Origin: an uncultured Acidimicrobiales bacterium
Lineage (GTDB): Bacteria; Actinomycetota; Acidimicrobiia; Acidimicrobiales; SHLQ01
NCBI GenBank assembly: GCA_964390555.1
Contig: CAYMJU010000033.1
Location: 3,330-67,329, forward strand
DNA length: 64,000 bases
Direction: 5' to 3'
The translations under genes were made by a program, and so were the position numbers. The stretch's first letter is position 1. Each line of letters starts with the position of its first letter. Shown here piece after piece: positions 25,972 to 36,087 of the stretch. Under the pieces are notes generated by a model. That model was given only the letters and a program-made list of their open reading frames with translations. It was not told the origin of the DNA and did not search any database.

Positions 25972-26005
25972 CCGGTCAGTCCGGTCAGTCCGGTCAGTCC
26001 GGTCA
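25972..26005. repeat. 9-bp tandem repeat (CCGGTCAGT) x3.8 in a divergent intergenic region
   Basis: Exact copies at 25972, 25981 and 25990; partial copy at 25999. Confidence 0.9.
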
Positions 26006-26127
26006 CGAGGATTCGCTTGCCGGTGAGCTGCTGCTCTGCCACGTTCTCCCACTCGCGTTGGACACCCGTGGTTGCTGGGTGCTCTAGTGCGGCGACGTTA
26101 TCGGACCGAACCGAGGGGGCCGCGCCC

Positions 26128-27228
26128 GTGAACCATGTCTCGTCGTGGGACGATTTTCCCGTCCACCAGACAGCGGAGTTCGTACGCCATCCGGCGACGA
26201 GCGACCGGAACTTCTATGACCGCTACTACTTCAACATGCACGCGTCGAGCGACGAGGCGTTCGCCATCTTCGGGCTCGGTCAGTACCCGAACCTCGGGGT
26301 GACCGACGCGTTCATCGACGTTCGCCGGGGCGGCACCCAGCACATCGTGCGGGCCTCCGCCGAGCTCGGAGATCGCATGAACACCGCGGTAGGGCCGATC
26401 CGCGTCGAGGTGCTCCAGCCGCTGCGGCGGCTGAGGGTCGTGGTCGAGCCGACCGAGCACTCCGTCGCCATGGACGTCACGTGGGAAGGCGCCATGCCGG
26501 CTCACGACGAACCCCGCCAGTACCTGCGCTCCAAGGGCAAGGTCGTGTTCGACACCCAACGTTTCGCCCAGACCGGATGCTGGTCGGGAACGCTGTCGGT
26601 GGGCGGCGAGGACCTCGCGGTGACCCCCGACCGCTGGTGGGGGACCCGCGACCGCTCGTGGGGTGTGCGCCCGGTCGGCGAGCCCGAGCCCGACGGCATC
26701 CGGCAGGGCACCCATTCGATGAAGGGGATGTGGAACTACTTCCCCATGCAGTTCGACGACCACTCCATCCTCTACATCGTGAACGAGCACGACGATGGCG
26801 TTCGCGTGCTCGAGGAGGCGGTGCGGATCTGGCACACCGATGGGCGGGAGGAGTGGCTCGGCCGCCCCGAGTGGAGCCACACGATGAAGTCAGGCTCCCG
26901 CTTGTTGGCCGGGTCAGTCGTCCACTTCCCCGACGCGCCCGAGGGGCCGATCGACGTGTTGTGTACGCCGCTCATGACCAACTTCTTGTCGCTCGGCACC
27001 GGGTACGGCATGGACGCCGACTGGCGCCACGGTATGTACCAAGGACCGTTGAAGGTCGAGGGACTGCGCCTCCAGGTCGACGAGATCTGGCCGATCGCTC
27101 AGTTCGGCGTGGTCGATCACGTGGGTCGGTTCGAGTACGCCGGCCACGTCGGCTACGGGCTCTACGAGCAGGCGTTCATCGGGCCGTTCGGCCGGTTGGG
27201 CCTCGATGCCACCGGTGGGGCTCCCTGA
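26128..27228 (+). CDS. Conserved hypothetical protein, Rv3169-like (lipocalin/tocopherol-cyclase-like fold inferred)
   Basis: DDFPVHQ, SDRNFYDRYYF, YPNLGV.DAF, QRFAQ.G.WSG, RDRSWG.RPVGEPEP resemble the mycobacterial family. Confidence 0.75.
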   Translation: MNHVSSWDDFPVHQTAEFVRHPATSDRNFYDRYYFNMHASSDEAFAIFGLGQYPNLGVTDAFIDVRRGGTQHIVRASAELGDRMNTAVGPIRVEVLQPLRRLRVVVEPTEHSVAMDVTWEGAMPAHDEPRQYLRSKGKVVFDTQRFAQTGCWSGTLSVGGEDLAVTPDRWWGTRDRSWGVRPVGEPEPDGIRQGTHSMKGMWNYFPMQFDDHSILYIVNEHDDGVRVLEEAVRIWHTDGREEWLGRPEWSHTMKSGSRLLAGSVVHFPDAPEGPIDVLCTPLMTNFLSLGTGYGMDADWRHGMYQGPLKVEGLRLQVDEIWPIAQFGVVDHVGRFEYAGHVGYGLYEQAFIGPFGRLGLDATGGAP

Positions 27229-27255
27229 TCGCTACTGTCTGAACCGCTGTTCACA

Positions 27256-27437
27256 CCCAGCGGGAGAGTCCCGGTCGTCACCAGGCGGCCGGGCGCCGAA
27301 GGAGCAACCGCCCCCGGAACCTCTCAGGCCCCCGAACCGCTGGGTCAGGCAACTCTGGAAAGCAGCCCGGTTCGCCGGGCTCACCGACGGGGAAAACCGG
27401 CCGGGCCGGTGAAGCTCTCAGGTAACCACGGCAGAGG
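27256..27437 (+). ncRNA. Tandem glycine riboswitch
   Basis: Aptamer 1: CCCAGCGGGAGAG...GCCGAAGGAGCAA...CTCTCAGG...CCGCTGGG. Aptamer 2: CTCTGGAAAG...CACCGACGGGG...CTCTCAGG...CAGAGG. Directly upstream of gcvP. Confidence 0.93.
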
Positions 27438-27488
27438 GGGGCCGGCCCGTTTGCGCGGGCTTCCCAACCGTTGTCGTGGAGGTTCCAG

Positions 27489-30311
27489 ATGTCCGAACAC
27501 CCCTTCGCCGATCGTCACGTCGGTCCGTCGACGACGGATCTGGTGGTCATGCTGGCCCGAATCGGTGTGGCCGACCTCGACGACCTGGTGTCGCGAACGG
27601 TGCCGAACGTCATCCGCGACGACCGGCTGACGCTGCCCGAGCCGCTGTCGGAATCGGCGGCACTCGAGGCGTTACGAGCCCACGCCGACCGCAACCAGCC
27701 GCTCGTGTCGCTGATCGGGCTCGGGTATCACGACACCATCACTCCCCCGGTCATCCAGCGCAACGTTCTCGAGAACCCGGCGTGGTACACGGCCTACACG
27801 CCGTATCAGCCCGAGATCAGCCAGGGTCGCCTCGAGGTTCTGCTCAACTACCAGACGATGGTCGCCGACCTCGCTGGGCTCGACATCGCCAACGCGTCGA
27901 TGCTCGACGAGGCCACCGCTGCCGCCGAGGCCATGACCATGCTGCACCGCGTAGGTCGCGGCGTCGGTGACGTGTTCGTGGTCGACCCCGACTGCCATCC
28001 TCAGACGATCGCCGTGGTGCGAACCCGCGCCGAGCCGATCGGCATAGCCGTCGTCGTGGCCGACGTCGAGTCGCCGCTGCCGAGCGGGTCGTTCGGCGTG
28101 CTGGCCCAGTACCCGGGTTCGTCGGGCCGAGTTCGAAACCTCACGAGGTCGATAGAGGCGGCTCACGAAGCGGGCGCCCTCGTCGCGGTGGCCACTGACC
28201 TGTTGGCGCTCACCATGTTGCGGCCACCGGGTGAGATGGGCGCCGACGCCGTCGTCGGCTCGTCGCAACGCTTCGGTGTGCCGCTCGGTTTCGGGGGGCC
28301 GAGCGCCGGCTTCTTGGCTATCCGAGACGAGTACCGGCGCTCGCTGCCGGGGCGCCTGGTCGGCACGTCTGTCGACGCGGGCGGTCGTCCGGCGCACCGG
28401 CTCGCCCTCCAGACCCGAGAGCAGCACATTCGTCGCGAGAAGGCCACGAGCAACATCTGCACCGCGCAGGTTCTGCTGGCGGTCATGGCGGCCCTCTACG
28501 CCCAGTACCACGGGCCGGCGGGTCTGCGGGCCATCGCGGATCGCGTGCACTCCCAGGCCACCCGCCTGGCCGCGCACCTCGCCGCCGCCGGTCACGCCAT
28601 CGATGCCGAGTGCTTCTTCGACACCATTCGAGTGCGAATCGGCGGGGGGGCTGATCGCGTGGTCGAAGCCGCCCTCGAGCGCGGCGTCAACCTGTGGCCG
28701 GTCGACTCCGACACCGTGCAAATAGCGTTGGACGAGACGACGACCGAGGCGACGCTGGTTGCGGTCGCCGAGTCGTTCGGGGTGCCAGGTCACGTTGGCG
28801 ACGCCATGTCGGCGTTGCCCGCGGCGTTGGTTCGAACGACGCCGTTCTGCACGGCCGAGGCCTTCAACCGTTACCACAACGAGACGGCGATGCTGCGCTA
28901 CCTTCGCCGGCTGGCCGATCGCGATCTGGCGCTCGACCGCACGATGATCCCGCTCGGGTCGTGCACGATGAAGCTGAACGCCACGACCGAGATGATCGGC
29001 GTCACGTGGCCCGAGTTCGGCCGCATGCACCCGTTCGCACCCATCCGTCAGGCGGCTGGGTATCTGGCCCTGATCCGGGAGTTGGAGGGCTATCTGGTCG
29101 AGATCACCGGCTACGACGCGGTGTCGCTGCAGCCCAATGCCGGCTCTCAAGGCGAGCTGGCCGGCCTGCTCGCCATCCGGGCGTACCACCGGGGCCAGGG
29201 TCACGCAGTACGCGATGTGTGTTTGATCCCGTCGTCAGCGCACGGCACGAACGCGGCGAGTGCGGTGATGGCGGGCATGCGGGTCGTGGTCGTGGCTTGC
29301 GACGACCGCGGCAACGTCGACCTCGCGGATCTCACCCGACAGGCAGCCGACGTCGGCGACCGCTTGTCGGCGATCATGGTCACTTACCCGTCGACCCACG
29401 GCGTGTTCGAGACGCACATCAGACGCATCTGCGAGATCGTCCATGACCATGGAGGTCAGGTTTACCTCGACGGAGCGAACCTCAACGCCATGGTGGGCCT
29501 GGCCAAACCGGGGCGGTTCGGCGCCGACGTGTCACACCTCAACCTTCACAAGACATTCACCATTCCGCACGGCGGCGGAGGTCCTGGGGTGGGCCCGGTC
29601 GCGGTACGCGCCCACCTGGCGCCGTACCTGCCGAACCACCCGCTGGCTCCCGAGGCCGGACCGGCTACCGGCGTGGGTCCGATCTCGGCTGCGCCATTCG
29701 GGTCGGCGGGGGTGCTGCCGATCCCCTGGGTCTACATCCGCATGATGGGGGCCGACGGCTTGCGGCGCGCCACGCAGGTCGCGATCGCCTCGGCGAACTA
29801 CGTCGCGGCTCGTCTGCGAGACCACTTCCCAGTCCTGTACGCCAACGACGAAGGTCTCGTCGCCCACGAGTGCATCCTCGACCCGCGGTCGCTCAAGGAG
29901 ACGGCGGGGGTGTCGGTCGACGACATCGCCAAGCGCCTGATCGACTACGGGTTTCACGCGCCGACAGTGTCGTTCCCCGTCACCGGCACGCTGATGGTCG
30001 AACCGACCGAATCGGAGGACCTCGCCGAGCTCGACCGCTTCTGCGACGCCATGATCGCCATCCGTGCCGAGGCCGAGCGGGTCGCTGCTGGTGAATGGCC
30101 CATCGACGACAACCCTCTCGTGCACGCACCGCACACCGCCGAGGACGTCACCGCCGATGACTGGGCGCGCTCCTACCCGCGCTCGCTCGGCGCCTTTCCG
30201 GCCGAGTCGTTGCGCGGCCGCAAGTACTGGCCGCCGGTGAGCCGTATCGACGCCGCCTACGGAGACAAGAACCTCGTGTGCGCCTGCCCGAGCATCGACG
30301 CGTACCGTTGA
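27489..30311 (+). CDS. gcvP: Glycine dehydrogenase (decarboxylating), glycine cleavage P protein
   Basis: [46 protein letters not shown] (PLP Lys), EPTESE. Confidence 0.98.
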   Translation: MSEHPFADRHVGPSTTDLVVMLARIGVADLDDLVSRTVPNVIRDDRLTLPEPLSESAALEALRAHADRNQPLVSLIGLGYHDTITPPVIQRNVLENPAWYTAYTPYQPEISQGRLEVLLNYQTMVADLAGLDIANASMLDEATAAAEAMTMLHRVGRGVGDVFVVDPDCHPQTIAVVRTRAEPIGIAVVVADVESPLPSGSFGVLAQYPGSSGRVRNLTRSIEAAHEAGALVAVATDLLALTMLRPPGEMGADAVVGSSQRFGVPLGFGGPSAGFLAIRDEYRRSLPGRLVGTSVDAGGRPAHRLALQTREQHIRREKATSNICTAQVLLAVMAALYAQYHGPAGLRAIADRVHSQATRLAAHLAAAGHAIDAECFFDTIRVRIGGGADRVVEAALERGVNLWPVDSDTVQIALDETTTEATLVAVAESFGVPGHVGDAMSALPAALVRTTPFCTAEAFNRYHNETAMLRYLRRLADRDLALDRTMIPLGSCTMKLNATTEMIGVTWPEFGRMHPFAPIRQAAGYLALIRELEGYLVEITGYDAVSLQPNAGSQGELAGLLAIRAYHRGQGHAVRDVCLIPSSAHGTNAASAVMAGMRVVVVACDDRGNVDLADLTRQAADVGDRLSAIMVTYPSTHGVFETHIRRICEIVHDHGGQVYLDGANLNAMVGLAKPGRFGADVSHLNLHKTFTIPHGGGGPGVGPVAVRAHLAPYLPNHPLAPEAGPATGVGPISAAPFGSAGVLPIPWVYIRMMGADGLRRATQVAIASANYVAARLRDHFPVLYANDEGLVAHECILDPRSLKETAGVSVDDIAKRLIDYGFHAPTVSFPVTGTLMVEPTESEDLAELDRFCDAMIAIRAEAERVAAGEWPIDDNPLVHAPHTAEDVTADDWARSYPRSLGAFPAESLRGRKYWPPVSRIDAAYGDKNLVCACPSIDAYR

Positions 30312-30316
30312 CCTCT

Positions 30317-31114
30317 ATGACTGACGCCATTGTGGAGCGTGAGGGTCACGTGATGACCATCACCATGAACCGACCCCAACGGATGAACGCCCTCTCGGGA
30401 GCGATGCTCATCCGCATGTACGACGCCTACGAGGAGGCCTCGAACGATCCCGACGTGCGCTGCATCATCGTGACCGGGGCCGGGGGCAACTTCTGCGCCG
30501 GAGCCGATCTGCGCGCGATGAGCGGCGACAGCGCCGACGGCGACCCGATGGACACCCAGGCCCGCATGGCCGCCGATCCCGACATCGTCTACAAGGCCCT
30601 GTTTCGCCACTACCGCCCGACCAAACCGATCATCGCCGCCGTCGAGGGCGTGGCCATCGCCGGTGGCACCGAGATCCTCCAGGCCATGGAGATCCGAGTC
30701 GCGGGCGAAAGTGCCCGCTTCGGGGTGTCCGAAGCTCGCTGGTCGCTGTACCCGATGGGCGGATCGGCCGTCCGGCTCCCCCGGCAGATCCCGTACACGC
30801 ACGCCGCGGAGATCCTGCTCACCGCCAAGCACCTCACTGCGGCCGAGGCGCTCGGCGTCGGGCTGATAGGCCACGTCGTCCCCGACGGTGAGGCGTTGGC
30901 CAAGGCCCGCGAGATCGCCGCCGTCATCGCCGGCAACGGGCCCTTGGCCGTCGAGGCGATCACCCGCACGCTGCACGAGTGCGACGGCATGGAGCTCGAC
31001 GAGGCCTTGCGCCACGAATGGGAGTACGGCCAGGCCGTGTTCCGCTCCGCCGACGCCAAGGAGGGCCCGCTGGCCTTCTCTCAGAAGCGCCCCCCCAACT
31101 TCAAGCGCTCCTAA
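30317..31114 (+). CDS. echA19: Crotonase/enoyl-CoA hydratase, EchA19-like
   Basis: IAGGTEILQ, SEARWSLYPMGGSAVRL.RQIPYT, GPLAV, DAKEGP.AF.KR.PNF follow mycobacterial EchA19 as I recall it. Confidence 0.8.
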   Translation: MTDAIVEREGHVMTITMNRPQRMNALSGAMLIRMYDAYEEASNDPDVRCIIVTGAGGNFCAGADLRAMSGDSADGDPMDTQARMAADPDIVYKALFRHYRPTKPIIAAVEGVAIAGGTEILQAMEIRVAGESARFGVSEARWSLYPMGGSAVRLPRQIPYTHAAEILLTAKHLTAAEALGVGLIGHVVPDGEALAKAREIAAVIAGNGPLAVEAITRTLHECDGMELDEALRHEWEYGQAVFRSADAKEGPLAFSQKRPPNFKRS

Positions 31115-31129
31115 CCCGAGCCCACTCGC

Positions 31130-31178
31130 GTTCCTGGCGCGATTCAGGGTGCCATGCACCCTGAATCGCGCCAAGAAC
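31130..31178. repeat. Long palindrome (18-bp perfect stem, extendable to 23 bp with one mismatch) between convergent genes
   Basis: TGGCGCGATTCAGGGTGC-CAT-GCACCCTGAATCGCGCCA at 31135-31173. Confidence 0.9.
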
Positions 31179-31205
31179 GAGGGGATGGGGGTGGGGGGAT
31201 GCGGG

Positions 31206-32132
31206 TCAGGACTTCGGGATGGTGCCGCCGGCGGCGAGCCAGGACTCGATCGCTTGCTGGGCCTCGCGTGGGTTGTAGACGTCTTCCTCGTAGCTCCACT
31301 TGCCGTCGCCGGCGTAGTGGAGGATCACGTGGACGTCGAAACCGAAGTATGCGTCGCCGCCGATGGGGTCGGGCAACACGTTCGGGATGAGCGCGTTGAC
31401 CCGGTTGCCCTCGATGTGGTGCCAGGCGACCGGGAACTCCATCGTTGGGAACGGCTGCATCACCCCGGTGATCCACGAGCGGATCTCGGCCTGGCCGTTG
31501 AACGCTCCGTAGTGGTGTTCCCGGTACCGGGCGTCGGCGGCGAACTGATCGGCCCACTGGTTCCAGTCGCCGGTGGCGACGGCGATCCGGCCCCGTTCTC
31601 GGTAGGCCTGGAACTCGGACTCGATCTCGTCGAGGGAGTGGGCGGCGGTCGGCACATCTGGCGCCCAACCCGCGATGCCGACGATCGAGCGGTCCTGGGG
31701 CGTGCGCTTGCGGCCGCCGGCGGTAAGCCAGTCCTTGAACACCCGCTCGGCGTCGGCCGGGTTGTAGAAGTCCGCCTCCCAGTTCCACTTGCCGTCGCCG
31801 GCGTACTGGATGATCGTCGTGTTCGGGAACTGGTAGCTGGCCCCCGCACCGGCGGGATCGGGAAGGTTGTTCCAGATGTAGAACGCGACCCGCCCGGCGT
31901 CGGGGTCGATCTGCCACCAGTCGATCGCCAAGGTCATCGCTGGATAGTCGGCCATGCACGACACGATCCAGGGCTGGATCTCGGAACGGCCGTGGAAGGT
32001 CCCGAGATAGTGCTCCTGGTAGAGCGCGTCGTCGGTGAACAGCGCCGCCCAGCCTGGCCAGTCGTGCTCGCCCGCGCCGAGCCGGCGAAACTCGGCGAAC
32101 GCCGCCTCGATCTCGTCCCTGTTGAACGCCAT
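31206..32132 (-). CDS. Protein with two tandem SnoaL/NTF2-like domains
   Basis: Two copies of DW..WA..F..DA.Y.EH..G.F.G..EI..WI and YAGDGKW..E.D.YNP. Confidence 0.85.
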   Translation of the reverse strand: MAFNRDEIEAAFAEFRRLGAGEHDWPGWAALFTDDALYQEHYLGTFHGRSEIQPWIVSCMADYPAMTLAIDWWQIDPDAGRVAFYIWNNLPDPAGAGASYQFPNTTIIQYAGDGKWNWEADFYNPADAERVFKDWLTAGGRKRTPQDRSIVGIAGWAPDVPTAAHSLDEIESEFQAYRERGRIAVATGDWNQWADQFAADARYREHHYGAFNGQAEIRSWITGVMQPFPTMEFPVAWHHIEGNRVNALIPNVLPDPIGGDAYFGFDVHVILHYAGDGKWSYEEDVYNPREAQQAIESWLAAGGTIPKS

Positions 32133-32180
32133 GCAGCCCCCCCCGGTAGCGCGATCCGGGCGCGACGCTAGCAGAGGCCT

Positions 32181-32927
32181 TCAGCGACCTGACCCGGCGG
32201 CCGATCCGGTGATCGTGTCGCCGGTCGTGCCGTCGTACAGGTAGCACAGCACCGCCCGGTCCCCGTCGGCCCAGGCTGCGGCGTCGGGAGCGAAGATGTC
32301 GACGAAGAGATCCGAGTCGTCGTAATTGACTCCGACGAAGTCGTCGAACGCCGACCCGATACAGCCCGCACCACCGAGATTGTCGACATCCCCGTCGCCA
32401 GGAAACGACGACCCGGTCAGCTCGAAGGAGTGGTAGACCTCGGCATCGTGCGGACCACCGCACGGCACCTCGGTCGGATCGGTACCGGGGTCGTTGACGC
32501 ACTCGCCGACCACGATGCCCTCAGGCACAGGGGTGACGGTCGCCGGCGTAACGGTGGACGACTCGTCGGGGACCTCACCGTCGCCACCGCCGCTGGTGGT
32601 GCCATCGTCTCCGGCCCCGTCCCCGTCTCCGGCCCCGGCCCCGTCCCCGCCGTCACCGTCGCCGCCGGACTCGGTTGTGACCGTGCTGTCGGAGTCGGTG
32701 AGGTCGCCACTACCGTCCCCCCCGTTCGAGTCGCCGTCATCGTCGTCGCTGCCGGTGCCATCGCCGTCATCGTTGGTGCTGTCGGTGGTGCTGTCGGCGC
32801 TGTCAGGTCGACCATCGGTGGCGGCTGCGTCGGCGGGATCGTCTGCGGTGTCGTCGTCGCCGCACGCGCCGAGCAGGACGGTCGCGACGAGCAGCGCGGC
32901 GAGGAGTCGGGAGGCCATGGCAGTCAT
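32181..32927 (-). CDS. Lipoprotein, acidic/Gly linker, C-terminal septum-formation-family (Cys-rich) domain
   Basis: Lipobox LLGAC; VVGECVN...VPCGGPHDAEV...GC...GDRAVLCYL. Alternative start at 32918. Confidence 0.8.
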   Translation of the reverse strand: MTAMASRLLAALLVATVLLGACGDDDTADDPADAAATDGRPDSADSTTDSTNDDGDGTGSDDDDGDSNGGDGSGDLTDSDSTVTTESGGDGDGGDGAGAGDGDGAGDDGTTSGGGDGEVPDESSTVTPATVTPVPEGIVVGECVNDPGTDPTEVPCGGPHDAEVYHSFELTGSSFPGDGDVDNLGGAGCIGSAFDDFVGVNYDDSDLFVDIFAPDAAAWADGDRAVLCYLYDGTTGDTITGSAAGSGR

Positions 32928-32938
32928 GTCGGCTCGGA

Positions 32939-33568
32939 TCAAAGCCCGGAGCCCGCGGCCGAGCCCTGAGATGGTGTGACCGTGACGCCAGCATCGGGGG
33001 TCGCGTACAGCATGCACAGGATCTCGCGGTCGCCGCCCCCCCATGACTCGGGCGTCGGCGTGAGGGTCTGTACGTACAGCGCGGATTCCGCGTAAGCCGT
33101 GCCGACGAAGGCCTCGAACTCCGTGAAGCATTCCTCGCCGGCCGCTTGCAACCCAGCATCGCCGGGGAAGTCGCCGTCGGGCACGTCGAAGGCGTGGAAG
33201 ACCTCGTAGTCGTGCGGGGCCGCGCAGTCGAGCGTCCCGACATCGGTCACGGTTCCGTTGAGGGCGTCGGAGTTGATGCAGTCGCCAACGTTGAGGTCGA
33301 AGACCGACGTCTCGTCCTCGGAGGTGTCGACTTCCTCGTCGGACTCTTCCTCGTCGGACTCCTCGGCTTGATCCGACTCGTCCTCGTCGGATTCTTCGGT
33401 GTCGGACTCTTCGGTGTCGGACTCATCGGCGTTGGAGTCCGAATCGTCCTCGTCGGCGCTCTCGTCGTCGCTGCCGCCGATCACCTCGTCATCGTCGTCG
33501 CCGCCGCACGAGGTCGCCAGTAGGCCGAGCAACGCCAGAATGGCCAGCATAAAGCGGAAGGGCTTCAT
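32939..33568 (-). CDS. Lipoprotein paralog, acidic linker, septum-formation-family domain
   Basis: Lipobox LATSC; VGDCIN...LDCAAPHDYEV...EC...GDREILCML. Confidence 0.8.
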   Translation of the reverse strand: MKPFRFMLAILALLGLLATSCGGDDDDEVIGGSDDESADEDDSDSNADESDTEESDTEESDEDESDQAEESDEEESDEEVDTSEDETSVFDLNVGDCINSDALNGTVTDVGTLDCAAPHDYEVFHAFDVPDGDFPGDAGLQAAGEECFTEFEAFVGTAYAESALYVQTLTPTPESWGGGDREILCMLYATPDAGVTVTPSQGSAAGSGL

Positions 33569-33744
33569 GGGATGTTCCTTTCGTGGATCGCCGGCCGCGC
33601 CAGTGAACCGAATCAAGTGTGCTTCGACTATCGGCACGCGTCCGGCCAGGCTGAGGAGAAATCCGTCACGGTGTTGTTCCGGGGGCGGTGTTGTTCCGGG
33701 GACGGAATCGTTCACGGAATCAGCGTCGTGGCAGACTCGGCGCC

Positions 33745-34926
33745 ATGCACATCGAGTTGACCGATGACCAGAGGGCCCTCCAGACGGAGCTGCGCGACTA
33801 CTTCAGCAACCTGATGACCCCCGAGGTCAAGGCGCGCACCTCGAGCGCGGAGTTCGAGGAGAACCTGGAGTACAAGAGTCTGATCCGCCAAGTCGGTAGC
33901 GACGGCTGGCTCGGCGTGGGCTGGCCCACGGAGTACGGCGGCAAGGGTTTCACGCCGATCGAGCAGTACATCTTCTTCAACGAGTCCCAGGCGGCCGGGT
34001 GCCCTATCCCGTTCCTCACCACCAACACCGTCGGCCCGACCATTCGCCAGTTCGCCAGCCCGGAGATCAAGGACCACTTCCTCCCCAAGATCTTGGCCGG
34101 CGACATGCACTTCTCGATCGGCTACTCCGAGCCCGAAGCCGGCACCGACCTGGCGGCGCTCAAGACCCGGGCCGTGCGAGATGGCGACGAGTGGATCGTG
34201 AACGGCCAGAAGCTGTACACCAGCCTGGCCTACAACGCCGACTACATCTGGCTGGCCGCCCGCACGGACCCCGAAGCTCCCGCGCACAAGGGCATCACCA
34301 TGTTCTTGGTCGACACCAAGGACCCGGGCTTCTCGATCCAGCCGTTCAAGACGTTCGGCCCGGCCCACACCACCGCAACGTTCTACGACAACGTTCGGGT
34401 ACCGGACTCGATGCGGGTCGGCGAGGTCAACGGTGGCTGGAACCTCATCACCAGCCAGCTCAACCACGAGCGGGTGTCGCTGTGTTCGTCGGGCCGTCTG
34501 ATCCGCCTGGTCGAAGAGGCGGTCACGTGGTGCACCGACACCAAGCTGGCCGACGGGCGCCGGGTGATCGACCAGGAGTGGGTGCAGGTCAAGCTGGCGG
34601 AGTGCAAGGCCGTCGTGCGGCTCCTTGACATCATGAACTGGAAGGTGGCCTTCGAGAACACCCACGGCCGCATGAGCCCCGCCGACGCATCTTCGGTGAA
34701 GGTCCACGGATCGGAGTCGATGCATGCCGTCTACACGACGCTCATGGAGATCGTCGGCGCGACCGGACACCTCCGGTCGGGCCCGGGGTCGGAGTTCATC
34801 GCCCAGGTCGAGGCCAGCTATCGAAGCGTGTGGGTACTGACCTTCGGCGGCGGCACCAACGAGATCCAGCGAGACATCATCGGCATGGTAGGGCTGGGGC
34901 TCCCCCGCGAGAAGCGGCGCCACTGA
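33745..34926 (+). CDS. Acyl-CoA dehydrogenase catalytic subunit, FadE26/FadE29 (ChsE)-like
   Basis: FSIGYSEPEAGTDLA, NGQK..TS, QLNHERV, TFGGGTNEIQRDII; first gene of a pair. Confidence 0.88.
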   Translation: MHIELTDDQRALQTELRDYFSNLMTPEVKARTSSAEFEENLEYKSLIRQVGSDGWLGVGWPTEYGGKGFTPIEQYIFFNESQAAGCPIPFLTTNTVGPTIRQFASPEIKDHFLPKILAGDMHFSIGYSEPEAGTDLAALKTRAVRDGDEWIVNGQKLYTSLAYNADYIWLAARTDPEAPAHKGITMFLVDTKDPGFSIQPFKTFGPAHTTATFYDNVRVPDSMRVGEVNGGWNLITSQLNHERVSLCSSGRLIRLVEEAVTWCTDTKLADGRRVIDQEWVQVKLAECKAVVRLLDIMNWKVAFENTHGRMSPADASSVKVHGSESMHAVYTTLMEIVGATGHLRSGPGSEFIAQVEASYRSVWVLTFGGGTNEIQRDIIGMVGLGLPREKRRH

Positions 34927-34973
34927 GCGCGTGCCGCCCGGTATCGGCGTAGGAACACGAGAGGACGACTGAG

Positions 34974-36059
34974 ATGGACTTCACCTTCGACGAGGCGCAG
35001 CAGGCCGCCCACGACCTGGCCAAGAAGATACTGGCCGACAAGCTCACGATGGAACGGCTGATGGAGATCGAGGCATCCGGCGAGTGGTTCGCCGCTGCCG
35101 AGTGGGCCGCGCTCGGCAAGGCCGGCCTGCTCGGTGTTGCCCTGCCCGAAGACGTGGGTGGCGGGGGTCTCGACGAGATCGCGTGGGCCGCGGTGTTGCA
35201 AGCCCAGGGTGCCACCGTCGCTCCACTGCCGTTGCTCGAGTCGAGTCTGGCGGGGCTCGCCATCGATCGCTTCGGCACCGCCGAGCAGCGCTCGACCTGG
35301 CTGCCTGGGATCGCCGATGGATCGACCATCGTGACCGTCGCCATCCAGGAACCTTTCGACGACCGGCTGACGGCACCCTCGTGCACGGTGACGGGTGGCG
35401 CGATGTCGGGCTCCAAGGCGGTGGTCGAATGGGCGGATCGCGCGGCTCGCATTCTCGTCACGGCGACGACCAGCGACGGTCCGGGGCTGTTCCTGGTCGA
35501 TCTGCTGGGGGCCGGTGTGACGAGTACACCGGGCCTGTCGACGCGGACTCAGCCGTTGGCGTTCTTGGATTTCGATGGATCGCCGGCCGAGCCCGTCGGC
35601 GAGGCCGGGTCGGGTTCGGTCGGTTGGCTGGTCGACCGGGCCATCATCGGTTTGTGCGCCATCCAGACCGGCGTCACGGATCGGGCCCTCCGTCTCACCG
35701 CCGAGTACGCGACCACCCGTGAGCAGTTCGGCCGGCCCATCGCCACGTTCCAAGCCGTGACCCAGCGCCTGGCCGACCAGTACATCAACGTCGAGGGAAT
35801 CCGGCTCTGCACGGCGGCGGCGGTGTACAAGCTCGCCCACGGTGAACCGGCCACCGAGGACGTTCACATCGCCAAGTTCTGGGCGTCACAGCGCGCCAGC
35901 GACGTCGCCCACGCGACCCAGCATTGCCACGGCGGCATGGGCGTGAGCGTCGACTACCCGCTCCACCGCTACACGCTGTGGAACAAGCACATCGCCACCT
36001 CGCTCGGCGCCGGCAACCAGCACCTGCGCGCCATCGGTGCCGGCCTCGCCGCGTCCTGA
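34974..36059 (+). CDS. Acyl-CoA dehydrogenase partner subunit, FadE27/FadE28-like
   Basis: Shorter ACAD, REQFGRPIATFQAV, HCHGGMGVSVDYPLHRY, no GGGxNE motif: typical of the alpha subunit of heterotetrameric sterol ACADs. Confidence 0.85.
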   Translation: MDFTFDEAQQAAHDLAKKILADKLTMERLMEIEASGEWFAAAEWAALGKAGLLGVALPEDVGGGGLDEIAWAAVLQAQGATVAPLPLLESSLAGLAIDRFGTAEQRSTWLPGIADGSTIVTVAIQEPFDDRLTAPSCTVTGGAMSGSKAVVEWADRAARILVTATTSDGPGLFLVDLLGAGVTSTPGLSTRTQPLAFLDFDGSPAEPVGEAGSGSVGWLVDRAIIGLCAIQTGVTDRALRLTAEYATTREQFGRPIATFQAVTQRLADQYINVEGIRLCTAAAVYKLAHGEPATEDVHIAKFWASQRASDVAHATQHCHGGMGVSVDYPLHRYTLWNKHIATSLGAGNQHLRAIGAGLAAS

Positions 36060-36087
36060 TCGGCCACAACACCCACGTGGAGCAGCC

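Noticed and set aside
27240-27253. TGAAC-N4-GTTCA as a KstR box
   Set aside because: The spacing does not fit TnnAACnnGTTnnA, and it lies upstream of the glycine riboswitch rather than a sterol gene.
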